From positions 496,001-560,000 of the forward strand of contig MCFH01000030.1 of the NCBI GenBank assembly GCA_002104945.1: a stretch of DNA of 64,000 bases, given 5' to 3'. The notes under the pieces were generated by a model, which saw only the letters and a list, made by a program, of their open reading frames with translations, had not been told where the DNA came from and did not search any database. The DNA is from Piromyces finnis finn (Eukaryota; Fungi; Neocallimastigomycota). This document shows positions 11,144-22,919 of the stretch, in pieces (the stretch's first letter is position 1; every line of letters starts with the position of its first letter). Made by a program: the position numbers and the translations under genes.

Positions 11144-13669
11144 AGTACTTAGTTATTATTAAATGTTTTAAATATTAATCATTAATAAAAATATTATATG
11201 AATTAGAATTCTAGCTTAATAATGACTTTATAAAAAAAATAATTTCATTGAATTAATTAGGTTATTGAAATAGTAAATTCTTTTTATATATAGTATTTCT
11301 TATAAAAATAAATACCTATACCTTTCCATTTATCAAAAAGAATACTATTTCATTCACTATTTCATTTAATAATAAATAAAATGGTTATTGCTGTTATCTA
11401 AAACTTAAAAATTATAATAACAAAATTACCTTTATTTTTGCCTATTGAAAAATAAATAATAAAAAAAAAAAGATTAAATTTTAATATAAAATTCATTAAA
11501 TTCATTTTAAAAACTATTTAATTTTAACTATTAATAATTCCATTATTTAATAATACTTAATACCTCATTATTAATTATTAATATTAATTATTAGAATATT
11601 TAATCTCTATATAATATTAATAATTTATCATAATGACATTTTGTGAGTAAATTAATTTATTTATATTAAAAAAATTATCCTAATGTTTAATATAAATTTA
11701 ATATAAAATTTTATTAAAAATAAATTAAATTGGTATTTTTATTCTAAAAATGGTAAACTTCTTTAGATAATATATGGATAATATATGGATTTAAAATAGG
11801 CTAGTTTAATTTTTCATAAATAATGTTTACATTTAATCAATAATTCAATTCAATTGATCATTTTAAAGATAGAAAAAGATAAATTGATAAATGAAATTAA
11901 AAACAAAAAATGAATCTTTATTAAAATAATATAAAATTAAATTTATCATATGAAATAGAAGGGGAAAAAAAAGGAAAATTTATTTTAAATTTAATTTTAT
12001 ATTATTTTTTTCATAAAAAAATTATCCTTTATGATAATTACAAAATAATTTCTTTTTACATTATTTGTAATTAGCCACATTTTATAGAAATTCGTATTCT
12101 ACTTTCTTATGCTAAATTATTAAAAAAAAAAAAAAAAAGGAAAAACAAAGCTAAATGAAACATATTGAAACATGGAATGCAAATCTTCAAGAATGGTATA
12201 TTTTAATTTTTTTTTAAAAAAAAAAGTGGGTTTTACATCATATTTTTATTGACTCTAAATAATAATTATTATTTATTAGAAATAAATATTTAAAGATAGT
12301 TTAAAAAAAATAGTAATAATTCTTTTTTAGATTAAAATACTTTTTTTGAAAAGCATTTAATTCTAAACCTTTTTTTTTTCTTTATAAAATCAGATGGATC
12401 AGATAGAAATTATAGGAATGAACCTGAAACAATCAACGGTTGGTTGGTTTTGTTTTTCTTCAATCTAAAAAAACAAAGGTTACACAAACCGCTAGAATTT
12501 TTAGTGTTTAGTTTTAATTGTGGTGTGATTATTCAAAACACACGTGGCAGAATAAAACCTCAATAATAAAAAAAAAGTGGTATAAAGGAAAAAAAAATGT
12601 TTTTTCTTTTTAAATAGTAAAAAAGAGTTTTAAATAAAAAAGTAGAAACTTTTTGACTTTTTTTTTTTTTTATGAAAAATTTATTAATTTTGATTGTTAT
12701 TACAAAATTAAATATATATATCTATGTACATAAAATAAAAAAAAATTAATGGTTTAATAAAGAAATTATAGTACATACATTTGTTATTATTATTGTATAG
12801 ATTGTATGTAGAGAGATTGATAGAATATTACATTTATTACGATTTATATCCTATAATTCTACAAATGATTTATCCATTTTACTCTACCTAAAAATTCATA
12901 GATTATTAATATTAGTGACATTCATTCTTTTTTTTTTTTTAAGAAAATTTTATTAAATTGTATTTATAAATACAAAAAAAAAAAAAAAGATGTACTTTAT
13001 AATAATATACAATGAAAAAAAAATAACTATGTAAATATTAATTATTCTTTCCTTGTTATAAAATTATTATAAAAAAAATTGACTCTTTTTTTTTATTCTT
13101 TTAGATTATAATTAAAGTTTAATTTATATATATTTTATTCTATTTTATAATTAAATACTTTAAAATATTCTACTATTAAAAAAATAGGATTAATAATATT
13201 AATAAATTGAACAAGCAATGTGAAAAACTCTGTTAGTTTTAAAATTGAAAAGAACTTAACTCCATAATGATGATAATATCCTAGTCATTATTATTAGTAG
13301 TAGTAGTAGTAGTAGTTTTGTTATTAATATAGAACTAACTTTTATTAGATTAATTGAAAAGTTGGACTTCCTATTAAAATGTTTTTGGGTATGTAAACCA
13401 AGGTTGTTAAAAAAACGCTTGATGGAACTCACTTTTTGCAACATGAAAAAAGAATTCAGATAATTTAGATCAACTAATATTAATAAATTTTAGAATTAAA
13501 CTCGTATCACTTTTTTTTTAATAACTAGTAGTAACCATATTTCAATATTAAATTAATTATAACATTATTGAATCCATGGTGAATACCTTATTTTTGCTAA
13601 TATTTAACGGAGGAATATTTAATTTTTTTTTTAAAAAAAAAAAAGGAACAAGGATAAAAATGATACACA

Positions 13670-14001
13670 AATACAACGTTGTGAACCCTTACAACCCATT
13701 GTATTCCTTTGTTGACGTGCTTCTAGACAAATCCTATATCTATAATTAAAGAAAGTTTTCGTTTAGTGCTGTAACTAATTTCACATACTTTTTTATTAAT
13801 ATGAATTTCAACATCATCATAGGCTTCAATTAACACTTTGGTGTAGACAGGTATAGGTATATCTTTGGAAAAGGAATAGTCACAAATACTAAAATAGAAT
13901 TTGATGATTTCTTTTTCCGTTAATAACTTCCAGAGTGCATCATGTTGATAGAAATAACCTAATTCTAAATATGATAGATTAGTTTTATTGATATTTTTTT
14001 G
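13670..14001 (-). pseudogene. Diverged LINE ORF remnant (RT C-terminal/thumb region)
   Basis: A minus-strand frame reads ...SYLELGY...FSKDIPIPVYTKVL...*KHVNKGIQWV, colinear with TYLGVPF...NPNIPIPFKKLVL...QKHVNKGIRWV of the 16636-18274 ORF. 13681-13724 matches 17782-17825 at 36/44 nt. There is an in-frame stop at 13725-13723. Confidence 0.7.
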
Positions 14002-14239
14002 TTATATTGAATAATACCATTGATGTGATAAAATAATTAAAATATATTCATATACTATATAATAATGTCAATGGCAATCATAACCAAATAAATAAAATTA
14101 TACCTAGAATAAAATATATCTTAAGGTTGGTCTTCTTTAATCGAAATATGTTTTTTTTTTTTTTTTTTTTTTAAAAAAAAAAGCTTGGATTTTTTGATTA
14201 CTGGTAGGATTTACATTAGAATTTATAATTATAGCTTTA

Positions 14240-15000
14240 TCTACTAAAAATAAAAGAAAAAGGTTTCAAAAAATTCATGATTGATTTATTTAACAGGCAT
14301 TCGATAATCCACATCACAGACATTTCCAATGTAGTAAATATTAAAAAATAAGGATGGAAAATACTAAATATTATTGAGAGATACCTTGCTAATGTAATGA
14401 CAGCAATTGGAATAAAAAGATAAATACTATCAGTAACAAGCAAACTTATAGTCCATACGTCTCGTACTATTTGACCTTAATTTTTTTTTACCAATAGCAA
14501 TATATACAATGTAGGCGGTTTTTTTTTTTTTTTTTTTTTTTTTTTATTAAATTTACCTTTTTTTTTTATTTTCAAATTTATAATTTTAAATATATGCTTA
14601 ATGAAAAAAAAAGGTTTATTAAAAAATTAATAAAAATTTTCACACTCTCCTTCTCTGATGAACAAAAAACAAATCTATTCATTCCTATATCGTAATAATA
14701 TCTATAGATAATATGTTAATAAATATAAATAATATGTTTAAAGATAAAAATATATAAAATATAAAACATTAAAGATCCATCGTTCGAGATGAATCCTGGA
14801 ATTTTTACTGTTTAGTCTCTACCTAATAAATTAAATGAAATATAAAAGAGAAATAATATCAGGTATGATAATGGGATGTCCATTAAACCCCTTCCCGATA
14901 AGAATATATAATGTTTTCATTCAAAAGAAATATTAAAACATTGAACTCTATGTAATGGAACATTTAGGAATAATCCTTTTGCTATGTTGGTAACAACGCC
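14240..15000 (+). pseudogene. Possible highly degenerate reverse transcriptase remnant
   Basis: Broken frames give MIDLF/AFDNPH (about 14277-14315) and MGCPLNP (about 14871-14891), which resemble the RT motifs DLxKAFD and QGxPLSP. The frames are interrupted and the call is weak. Confidence 0.25.
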
Positions 15001-15116
15001 GACACTCTTGATTATATTAGGTGGTTTTATTAAACCCTTTAAGAAGTAGTTTCATAAAACTTAAATATGATAGGAATTGTTATAGTAAGGAAAGCTGCGA
15101 AACCCTTAATAAATTA

Positions 15117-15195
15117 TATAACCCTCTACAAACGTATCATTAATGTATAACCCTCTACAAATTATAGGTAACCCTCTACAAAATGTATCATTAAT
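15117..15195. repeat. Partial array of the TAACCCTCTACAAA-containing 51-bp satellite
   Basis: Three TAACCCTCTACAAA cores, the same unit as at 15433-15595. Confidence 0.85.
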
Positions 15196-15432
15196 TGTCA
15201 GATAAATTTAGTTTACACTTAAATTTGTTTATAAAACTATTTGGGTTTTTATAATCTTTTATTTATTTATATTTATTTTATAATATAAATATTGTAACTT
15301 TCTTAAAATCTTTTTATTAAAAAAAAAATAACCAAAGAATAAAAATGTAGTACAATATTAATTTATAATTTTATAAAATACAAATACATAAAAAATACAT
15401 AAAATATTATTTTGGAATGTATTTTATTTTCA

Positions 15433-15595
15433 CATTAATGTATAACCCTCTACAAAATGTAGGTAACCCTCTACAAAATGTATCATTAATGTATAACCCT
15501 CTACAAATTGTAGGTAACCCTCTACAGAATGTATCATTAATGTATAACCCTCTACAAATTGTAGGTAACCCTCTACAAAACGTAGTACTAATGTA
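15433..15595. repeat. 51-bp tandem satellite, about 3 copies, with two TAACCCTCTACA cores per unit
   Basis: Unit CATTAATGTATAACCCTCTACAAAWTGTAGGTAACCCTCTACAAAATGTAT starts at 15433, 15484 and 15535. Confidence 0.9.
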
Positions 15596-15618
15596 TGAGA
15601 CATCTATTTATCCAAGAG

Positions 15619-15947
15619 TTTTTTTTTTTAACAGCATCAAATATTTTTAAATTTTATTTAATTAAAATTATAATACATGTTATAAAAAAAAAATAAAAAA
15701 AAATAGGTTTATATCAACACAAATGAATAAAAATTGGGTATAATGTATTCGAGTCATTTTAATTAAAATAAGAAAGCCATTATTATGCTAAAGTATAATA
15801 ATTGTATTTGACTTCCAATGGGACACTGAACCAAAGATCAAAAAATCTGTCATGGAACAAAATTATGATCTCCATTGGTTGCGCTGGCCCTCTTGGCCTA
15901 TCTTACTGTTTCTTCAGTATTGACGCTCTTGGTTGTTGCTTCAAACC
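15619..15947 (-). mobile_element. LINE 3'-end copy (inferred oldest of the nested three) with poly(A)
   Basis: Poly(T) at 15619-15629, followed by the 3' UTR and last codons of the LINE ORF; cut at CAAACC by the poly(T) of the next copy. Confidence 0.9.
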
Positions 15948-16333
15948 TTTTTTTTTTTTTTTAACTGCATCAAATATTTTAAACTTTATTATTAATTTAA
16001 TTAAAATTATAATACATGTAATATAATAAATTAAAAATAAAAATAAAAATAAAAAAATATGTTTAAATAAACACAAATGAATAAAAATTGGGTATAATGT
16101 ATTCTAGTAATTTTAATTAAAGTAAGAAAGCCACTATCATACTAAAGTATAATAATTGTATTTGACTTCCAATGGGACACCGAGCCAAAGATCAAAATTT
16201 TGTCATGGAACAAAATTATGATCTCCATTGGTTGCGCTGGCCCTCCTGGCCTGTCTTACTGTTTCTTCAGCATTGACGCTCTTGGATGTTGCTTCAAACC
16301 TTTTGAACATTGACCATTGCTTCTTCCCTCTAG

Positions 16334-16335
<2 letters not shown>
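15948..16335 (-). mobile_element. LINE 3'-end copy (middle), internally deleted; its remainder resumes at 18287 to about 18309
   Basis: Poly(T) at 15948-15962 and a 3' UTR nearly identical to the long copy. It lacks the segment equivalent to about 16754-16895 and is interrupted at TTCCCTCTAGAA. Confidence 0.85.
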
Positions 16336-16397
<62 letters not shown>

Positions 16398-18274
16398 GGC
16401 ATCAAATATTTTAAACTTTATTATTAATTTAATTAAAATTATAATACATGTAATAAAAAATTAAAAAATAAAAATAAAAATAAAAAAAAATATGTTTAAA
16501 TAAACACAAATGAATAAAAATTGGGTATAATGTATTCTAGTAATTTTAATTAAAGTAAGAAAGCCACTATCATACTAAAGTATAATAATTGTATTTGACT
16601 TCCAATGGGACACCGAGCCAAAGATCAAAATTTTGTCATGGAACAAAATTATGATCTCCATTGGTTGCGCTGGCCCTCCTGGCCTGTCTTACTGTTTCTT
16701 CAGCATTGACGCTCTTGGATGTTGCTTCAAACCTTTTGAACATTGTCCATTGCTGGCCAATAGCAAAAGGCATGATTTTGGTTAGAAGTTCCGCGGTTAC
16801 CGTCAAGAATGGTGTTCCTTCGTTAGTATCAGATTGAATCTGACGCTTACAAAGTTCTTTCCATTCCCTTGAATTGTAATTAATATTGTTAAAACTTCTT
16901 CCCCCAAGAAGGAATTTAAATATTTTACTGTACACACTAGAATAATCATACACATTAATATTCACCGGATTATTAGAACTATTACTATCATTAACTAAAT
17001 TACTATCTAAATTAGAATTATTATCTTCACTATTGCTATCATTACTAATATTATTATTTCTATTATTGTTATTATTACTATTGTTACTATTACTATTGTT
17101 ACTATTACTATTGTTATTACTACTATTGTTACTATTACTATTAATGTTATTACTATCTCTACTGATATTATCAATTTCATTATTATTGATAGGACTATTG
17201 GAATTACGTTGACTGAAAAAATTTAATAGCTGAACTATGGAATCATAATGTTTAATACGGATATCTCTAAATGTTGGACAATCTAATAACCAATGTTTAA
17301 TACTTTGAACACCACACTTGCAACATGGACAGTAGTTAGGACAAACTGGATCAACAAATTTGGCAGCTTTGGCAACTCTAGCATCCAACTTGTATCCGCT
17401 TCTTGCTTTCAATAGCCAGTAGAAGCCATAGGCAAACTCTGGGTATTCATAACATAATTTAATAAAATCTTTAGTTTCAATAAATTTATTATCATCATAA
17501 TATTGCGCTTTGATTGAATTCCCTTTGAGATCTTTCCAATAAAAGTTTTTAACTGCTTTAACATCTCCATGTTTCTTTAGTTTTTTATCAAGTGTCCTAC
17601 TTGATTTGCACCACGTGTATTTTCTAAATTTAGGAATGTAATTGACAAGGTGTGAGATAATACAATTTGAGTTTTTCCATTTGTTAAAACATCTAACCTG
17701 AGCTAACGCACATTTGGCTGACAATGGAGGGATATTCAAATCTTTTGAGATAGAGTATAAAGATATAAACGATACAGCTTTATGAACTCCGGCAACCCAT
17801 CGTATTCCTTTGTTAACATGCTTCTGAGCAATTCTAGACCTAGCTTTGTTGGATCCAAGTAATGGTGCAAAGTATGAAACTCTGCTGATTACTTGTGAGT
17901 TAAGTACTAGTTTTTTGAAAGGAATAGGAATATTAGGATTTCTTAAGAATTTACTGACTGAGAAAAGTCCTTTCAAAACCTTGTTATTAAGAGCTTTAAT
18001 TACTGGTTTAAGGGACAGATTCTTATCAAATGGAACACCAAGATAAGTATAGCAATCAGTAGTTGGAATGGGTTGTCCTGCTAAGTAAAATGTTGGATCT
18101 CTCTTGTTCTGATTTTCTATTGATTCAGGACGAATCACCATCGTTGAACATTTCTGGATACCAAATTCCATTTCATTATACAGTGCCCATTCATTAACTC
18201 TTCTAAGCATCTTTTTTAAGCATCCTCTTGTTGGAGCACAAATAACTATATCATCTGCAAAAAGTCCACCACAG
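16336..18274 (-). mobile_element. Recent 5'-truncated LINE (non-LTR retrotransposon) with 59-nt poly(A) and 12-bp TSD
   Basis: Pure poly(T) at 16336-16394. TTCCCTCTAGAA is duplicated at 16324-16335 and 18275-18286. The ORF is intact from the RT catalytic motif to the stop. Confidence 0.92.
16636..18274 (-). pseudogene. C-terminal part of a LINE ORF: RT (LFADD), thumb, CCHC zinc knuckle, Asn-rich insert
   Basis: Upstream of the annotated Met the frame reads CGGLFADDIVICAP. It then shows EFGIQKC, YTYLGVPF and CPCCKCGVQSIKHWLLDCP. The frame is open but lacks the N-terminal part of the RT and any endonuclease. Confidence 0.88.
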
Positions 18275-19150
18275 TTCCCTCTAGAAGGAATTTAAATATT
18301 TTATTGCCCAAAGGATTAAAAATTTACTTTTAATCCTTTAGGTAGTTTTTTTATTCTTATACAACACTCCATAAAAAACACACTTTTTAATTTTATATTT
18401 ATTAACTAAATATATATAATAATATATATTATTATTATATTTTTTTTATTATTATTTATTTATTATACATATAATTATTACATTATTATTTTAATCTATT
18501 TGTTATTAGATATTTAAAATTCTAAATAGCTTGATTATTTAATAAATAAATATTCAAACTTTTATTAATATATTCCCCTTGGATTTTTACTTTCTTATTT
18601 TCTTTTTAAATTATATTATTATTATTTAAATGTAATTATTAACCTCTTATGATAGAAAAACAAAAATAAAAAAAAATTTCTTATTATTTATAATTTATTC
18701 TTGTTTTCTAATTCTAATTAAAAATTATATGTTGTTGTTCTTGACTTCTTTTTTTTTTAATATTAAACCTTCTTTTTAAAATATTAAATAATAATTATTA
18801 TTTAAAAAGAATACCGTTTAATTTCATAAAAAAAATAGATAGTTTTATTTCGCTTTCTTAAATTATGCATATAATATATAAATACAATATTTTTTCCTTT
18901 AAAAAATCAATATAAACCTATTTTTTTTTATACATCCCATATATAATAAATATGAATTTATAAAAAAAATCCATTTATATCATTTTTTAAATTTTAAAAT
19001 ATCTCCTTATATATAATAATATTAACTTTTTTTTTACAATAAAAATTTAATGGATATTTAATGATTTCTTTTTTTTAAGGAATTATTTGATTAAAAAAAG
19101 ACTTTCAATATTGATGTATATTAATGATATTATATTAGATTTTATTGAAT

Positions 19151-20892
19151 TTACTTGTCAGCAAGAGCAGCAATAACGGCAGCACCAATACCAGAACCGT
19201 CCTTACCTAATTGAAGAGAAACGTTTTCAGAGAACATACCGAAGAGCTCGTGAAGAGCATCTCTCATTCTGTTGTCAAAGTGTGGGTAGTGTTCGTAGAC
19301 AGAACCATCAATAGCAACGGTACAACCAGTGTCAACACGGTTCATCTTAGTAACAACGGCAGCAACACCACAAGCAGCTAATCTAGCAGCACGGATGGCG
19401 ACGAGTTCACAAATACGACGAACAATACGACGATCACGTGGAGCAACATATGGAATCTTTAAGATTTCTTGAAGAACCATCTTGGTATCAGTTAATTCAG
19501 AAGTGTGATCTCTTTCAATACGGGACATGTAAGCAGTTTCGAATTTTCCTGGAGTATCCATTTCAGTAGAGCTCATACCACCGAAAAGAATCTTTCTTTC
19601 AATAAGATCCTTACAGACTAAACGAACAATTTCACCAAGGTACATACCAGAGATCATCTTTTCAAAGGTTTGTCTACCTGGGTTGTTACCTTCTTGATCT
19701 TGTTGTTCATCATACTTGGACCATGGAAGAACCTTTCTTTCGTTATCGAAAGCTCCCCATTCACTGTTGATGATCATTTCGTTAGACTTAACTGGACCAC
19801 CCTTCCACTTTGGAATAGCATCAACACTTTCAACGTAAGCAGCGTTAGTACCAGTACCAAGAATAACACCAACACAGGTACCTGGGTCAACGTAAGCGTG
19901 GGACATAAGAGTACCAACGGTATCGTTAACTAAAGCGACAACATTAACCTTTAATTGCTTACGGGCAAGAGCTTCAGCAAGAAGAGAAACAACATCCTTA
20001 CCAATAGAGTTAGCACAGTTGAAACCCTTGTTCCATAATAAGATAGTACCTTCATTTAAGGCAGTTTGTTGAACTGGGAAAGAGAAAGTGAAACCGAGGT
20101 TGATTTCATTATCAGTGTTGATATTGTATTCCTTAATGAAAATAGCAATAGATTCAGCTAAGAAATCGAAAAGAACAGTTTGGTCGGCAGTCTTAGCATC
20201 ATCTGGAATAGTGAACTTCTTGGCTCTAAGTCTAACCTTAGATTGACCTTCTAAATTAATTTCACAGACACGGAAATTAGTACCTCCTAAATCGAGAGCA
20301 AGGTAAGTACCGACTTCCTTACCAGTTGGACGGTTGGTAACGAAAGATGGAATCATCTTTAAAGTGCAGTCATCACTCTTAAGACCGGCTTCCATTTCCT
20401 TAACGAAAACCTTGCAAATTTCACGTAATCTCTATTTATTTATAACGAATGAAATAAAATATATTTAATTAATTATATTAATCAATATATTTTTTTATAA
20501 TTACATTCTTTTATAATAAATTTATATAGTAAACAATCAATTATTTTTATTTTTTGATTTGTTTATTTAATCCTATTTTTTGATTTTATTTCTTTATTTA
20601 TTTCTCTGAACTTTTTTTTTTTTTTTTTTTTGAATAATTTTAACGAATTTTATATTAATATTCCTCTTTTTTTTAATCGTCTTTTTCCTTATTTATAATT
20701 ACTATTATTGATTATTTTAATATTAAAAAAATTATTAAAAATATTTACTTGTGGACTAATGATGAAAATGTCTTCAAGTTCAGAGCAAACTTGACTTTCG
20801 TCAATTTCTCTGTAGGTGTATTTACCAGTGTTTTGAGTGGTATTTTGGTGAAGAATTTCACGAAGAGCGTTAATATCGAAAGTCTTTTCCAT
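19151..20892 (-). CDS. HXK: Hexokinase, 2 exons (20892-20749, 20431-19151), about 474 aa
   Basis: Motifs LALDLGGTNFRV, LGFTFSFP, VNDTVGT, GVILGTGTNAAY, INSEWG, FEKMISGMYLGE and DGSGIGAA. Donor CAA|GTAAAT and acceptor AATAG|AGA keep the frame. Codon bias is strong. Confidence 0.97.
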
Positions 20893-22738
20893 TTTTATAA
20901 ATTGAATTTTTTTTTAAATAATAATAATTATATAAAAAAAAAGTTACAAGGTTGGATAAAAAAAAAAAAAAAAGACTTTTTTAAACTTTTATACGATTTT
21001 TTTCTTTTCCATTCCCATTCTATTGATAATAAATTGACATAATAGTTAATAATATATTTTATCATATATTTATAATACTAATTTATATAAAATTAATTCA
21101 ATTTATTTATAAATAATGTATTACGGTGAAATACATTAATTTATTGGAATATTAATATATAATAATATATTTATTTTATATTTATTTCGTTAGTGTAAAT
21201 TAATATGAATATAATATTGTTATGTATTATTATTATAATAATAAGATTCTTTGTGTTAATGTTTCTATTTATTTAATATGAATTATATTCATTTAAATAA
21301 TTAATTAATTTTATTTAATTTATAATTATACATTCATTAATTTATTAAGCGTCAATAGGGAATCAACCACAACAACAATACTATGAAGATATTTAATGTT
21401 TTAAAAAATTTCCCCTTAGGATAGAATATTTTTTTTAGAATTCTCAAAATAAATGAAACAACATTTTGCAACATATAATATATTATGTAATAAAATAAAT
21501 GGTTTCAATATATTTTAATATATAATAAAATATATTTAAATATAAAAATGAAAAAAGGTAAAAGTTGATCCATGCCCACTACTACAAAATAAGTAGCAAT
21601 AAAGTAAAACTATAATAATAGGACAATAGGTTTTTTCATTATAATTACATATATATGTTGTCAATTGTCAATCAGTGAAAAGGTTTTTTTTTTACTTCAT
21701 TACATAACAATAAAAATAATAAATAGTGGTTATAATATTTAAATTGGCCATTAACCATCATCATGCTACCATAACATTATCAATTATGCTATGGTGAAAA
21801 GTAAAAAATGTTTTTTTCTTTTTTTTTTATTGGTAATACTTCTTTCATTTTAAAGATTAATTAAATTGAACATATTAGAGTATATTTAATAATATAATGT
21901 ATTTTAATTAAAAATAAAATATTTTATAGAATAAAATATATTGTAAATTGAATTATATTAAATTGAATACCCATTTTAGAAAATCGAAAAAATAAATAAA
22001 TTATTAATAAATTATTAAAACTTTATAATTTATTTTATGTAAATGTATTATATTTAAACCCTGCCTATGCATCATGCAATGTTATTTTCATCTATTTTTT
22101 ATATTTTTAAATCATTTAAAATAAAATTTAAAGTTTGAGGTTTTTTTACCATTTAAATTGTTAAATAACAAATAAATAGCAGCAATCAACATTCATAAGC
22201 ACTTCGAATGTTGATTTCTATGTTTAGTTCAACTTTTCTATTTAAATTAAAATTTGTTCTATGTGACTTTAATGTAGATGAATAATTTATAGTTTATATA
22301 TAGTTATATATAATTTTATATGTTATTATAATGTAATATATGTATAATTACATTCTTAAATATATTTAATTAATATTATTTTTATATATAATGATAATAT
22401 ATTTATAATATATTGAAGGTTTTATTCATTAGCACAAATGAGGAAATAGTCATATGAAATAATATAATGGTAAATTGATTGGATATAAAACCAAATTATA
22501 TAATAATATTATGATTGGATTATACTAAAAGGTTACACGAAACAGGAAATGATGAAAATATTAAATGAATAAATTAATTAAAAATTAAATAAATAGAGAT
22601 AGAAATGTAAATGCATTAATCCTTATTTGAATAAATAAATTTAATTAATGAAAATTAATATAAATAATGTTTTAACAAAAAAAGTTTATTTATTATATAT
22701 TTTTTATTATTATCATTTATATTATTAGTATTATTGAT

Positions 22739-22919
22739 ATGATATAACGATTCTTTTCGTTATAGCACATCAACTTATGTGTTCAACCCTAACTCATTTA
22801 GGATAAAGACAGTGTATTAAAGGAATGTCATTGATCTATTAATATTTTTTGATGCAAAAGACAACTTTCAGTGTCGAAACCTTTATTTATTTAAAAATTA
22901 ATTATTAAAGTTGTTTCAT
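22739..22919 (+). ncRNA. Candidate telomerase RNA template/pseudoknot core
   Basis: Hairpins at 22743-22764 and 22765-22782, then AACCCTAAC (22785-22793). A long stem 22818-22833/22869-22885 has a loop containing U6 and AGACAACTTT (22859-22868), which pairs with AAAGTTGTTT (22907-22916) to form an H-type pseudoknot. Folded by eye only; no expression or homology evidence. Confidence 0.45.

Noticed and set aside
6981-13444. Short Phe/Ile/Lys-rich ORFs (6981-7199, 10506-10727, 13256-13444; similar ones at 24501-24750, 30807-31001, 40023-40549, 51665-51895, 54620-54814, 55435-55644)
   Set aside because: Their composition reflects A/T homopolymers, microsatellites or introns, with no coding-like signal.
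14860-14960. Penelope-like RT motif (GMIMGCPLNP)
   Set aside because: It is a single short motif in a broken frame and cannot be distinguished from a LINE motif or chance; kept only as a low-confidence remnant.
15433-15595. CRISPR array (the CTAC...GTAG hairpin resembles Cas12a repeats)
   Set aside because: Units are contiguous with no unique spacers, there are no cas genes, and the context is eukaryotic. ORF 15417-15650 is just the repeat read in frame.
16636-17260. Restriction-like endonuclease after the CCHC knuckle (site-specific R2/CRE-type element)
   Set aside because: No PD-(D/E)xK pattern was visible downstream of the knuckle.
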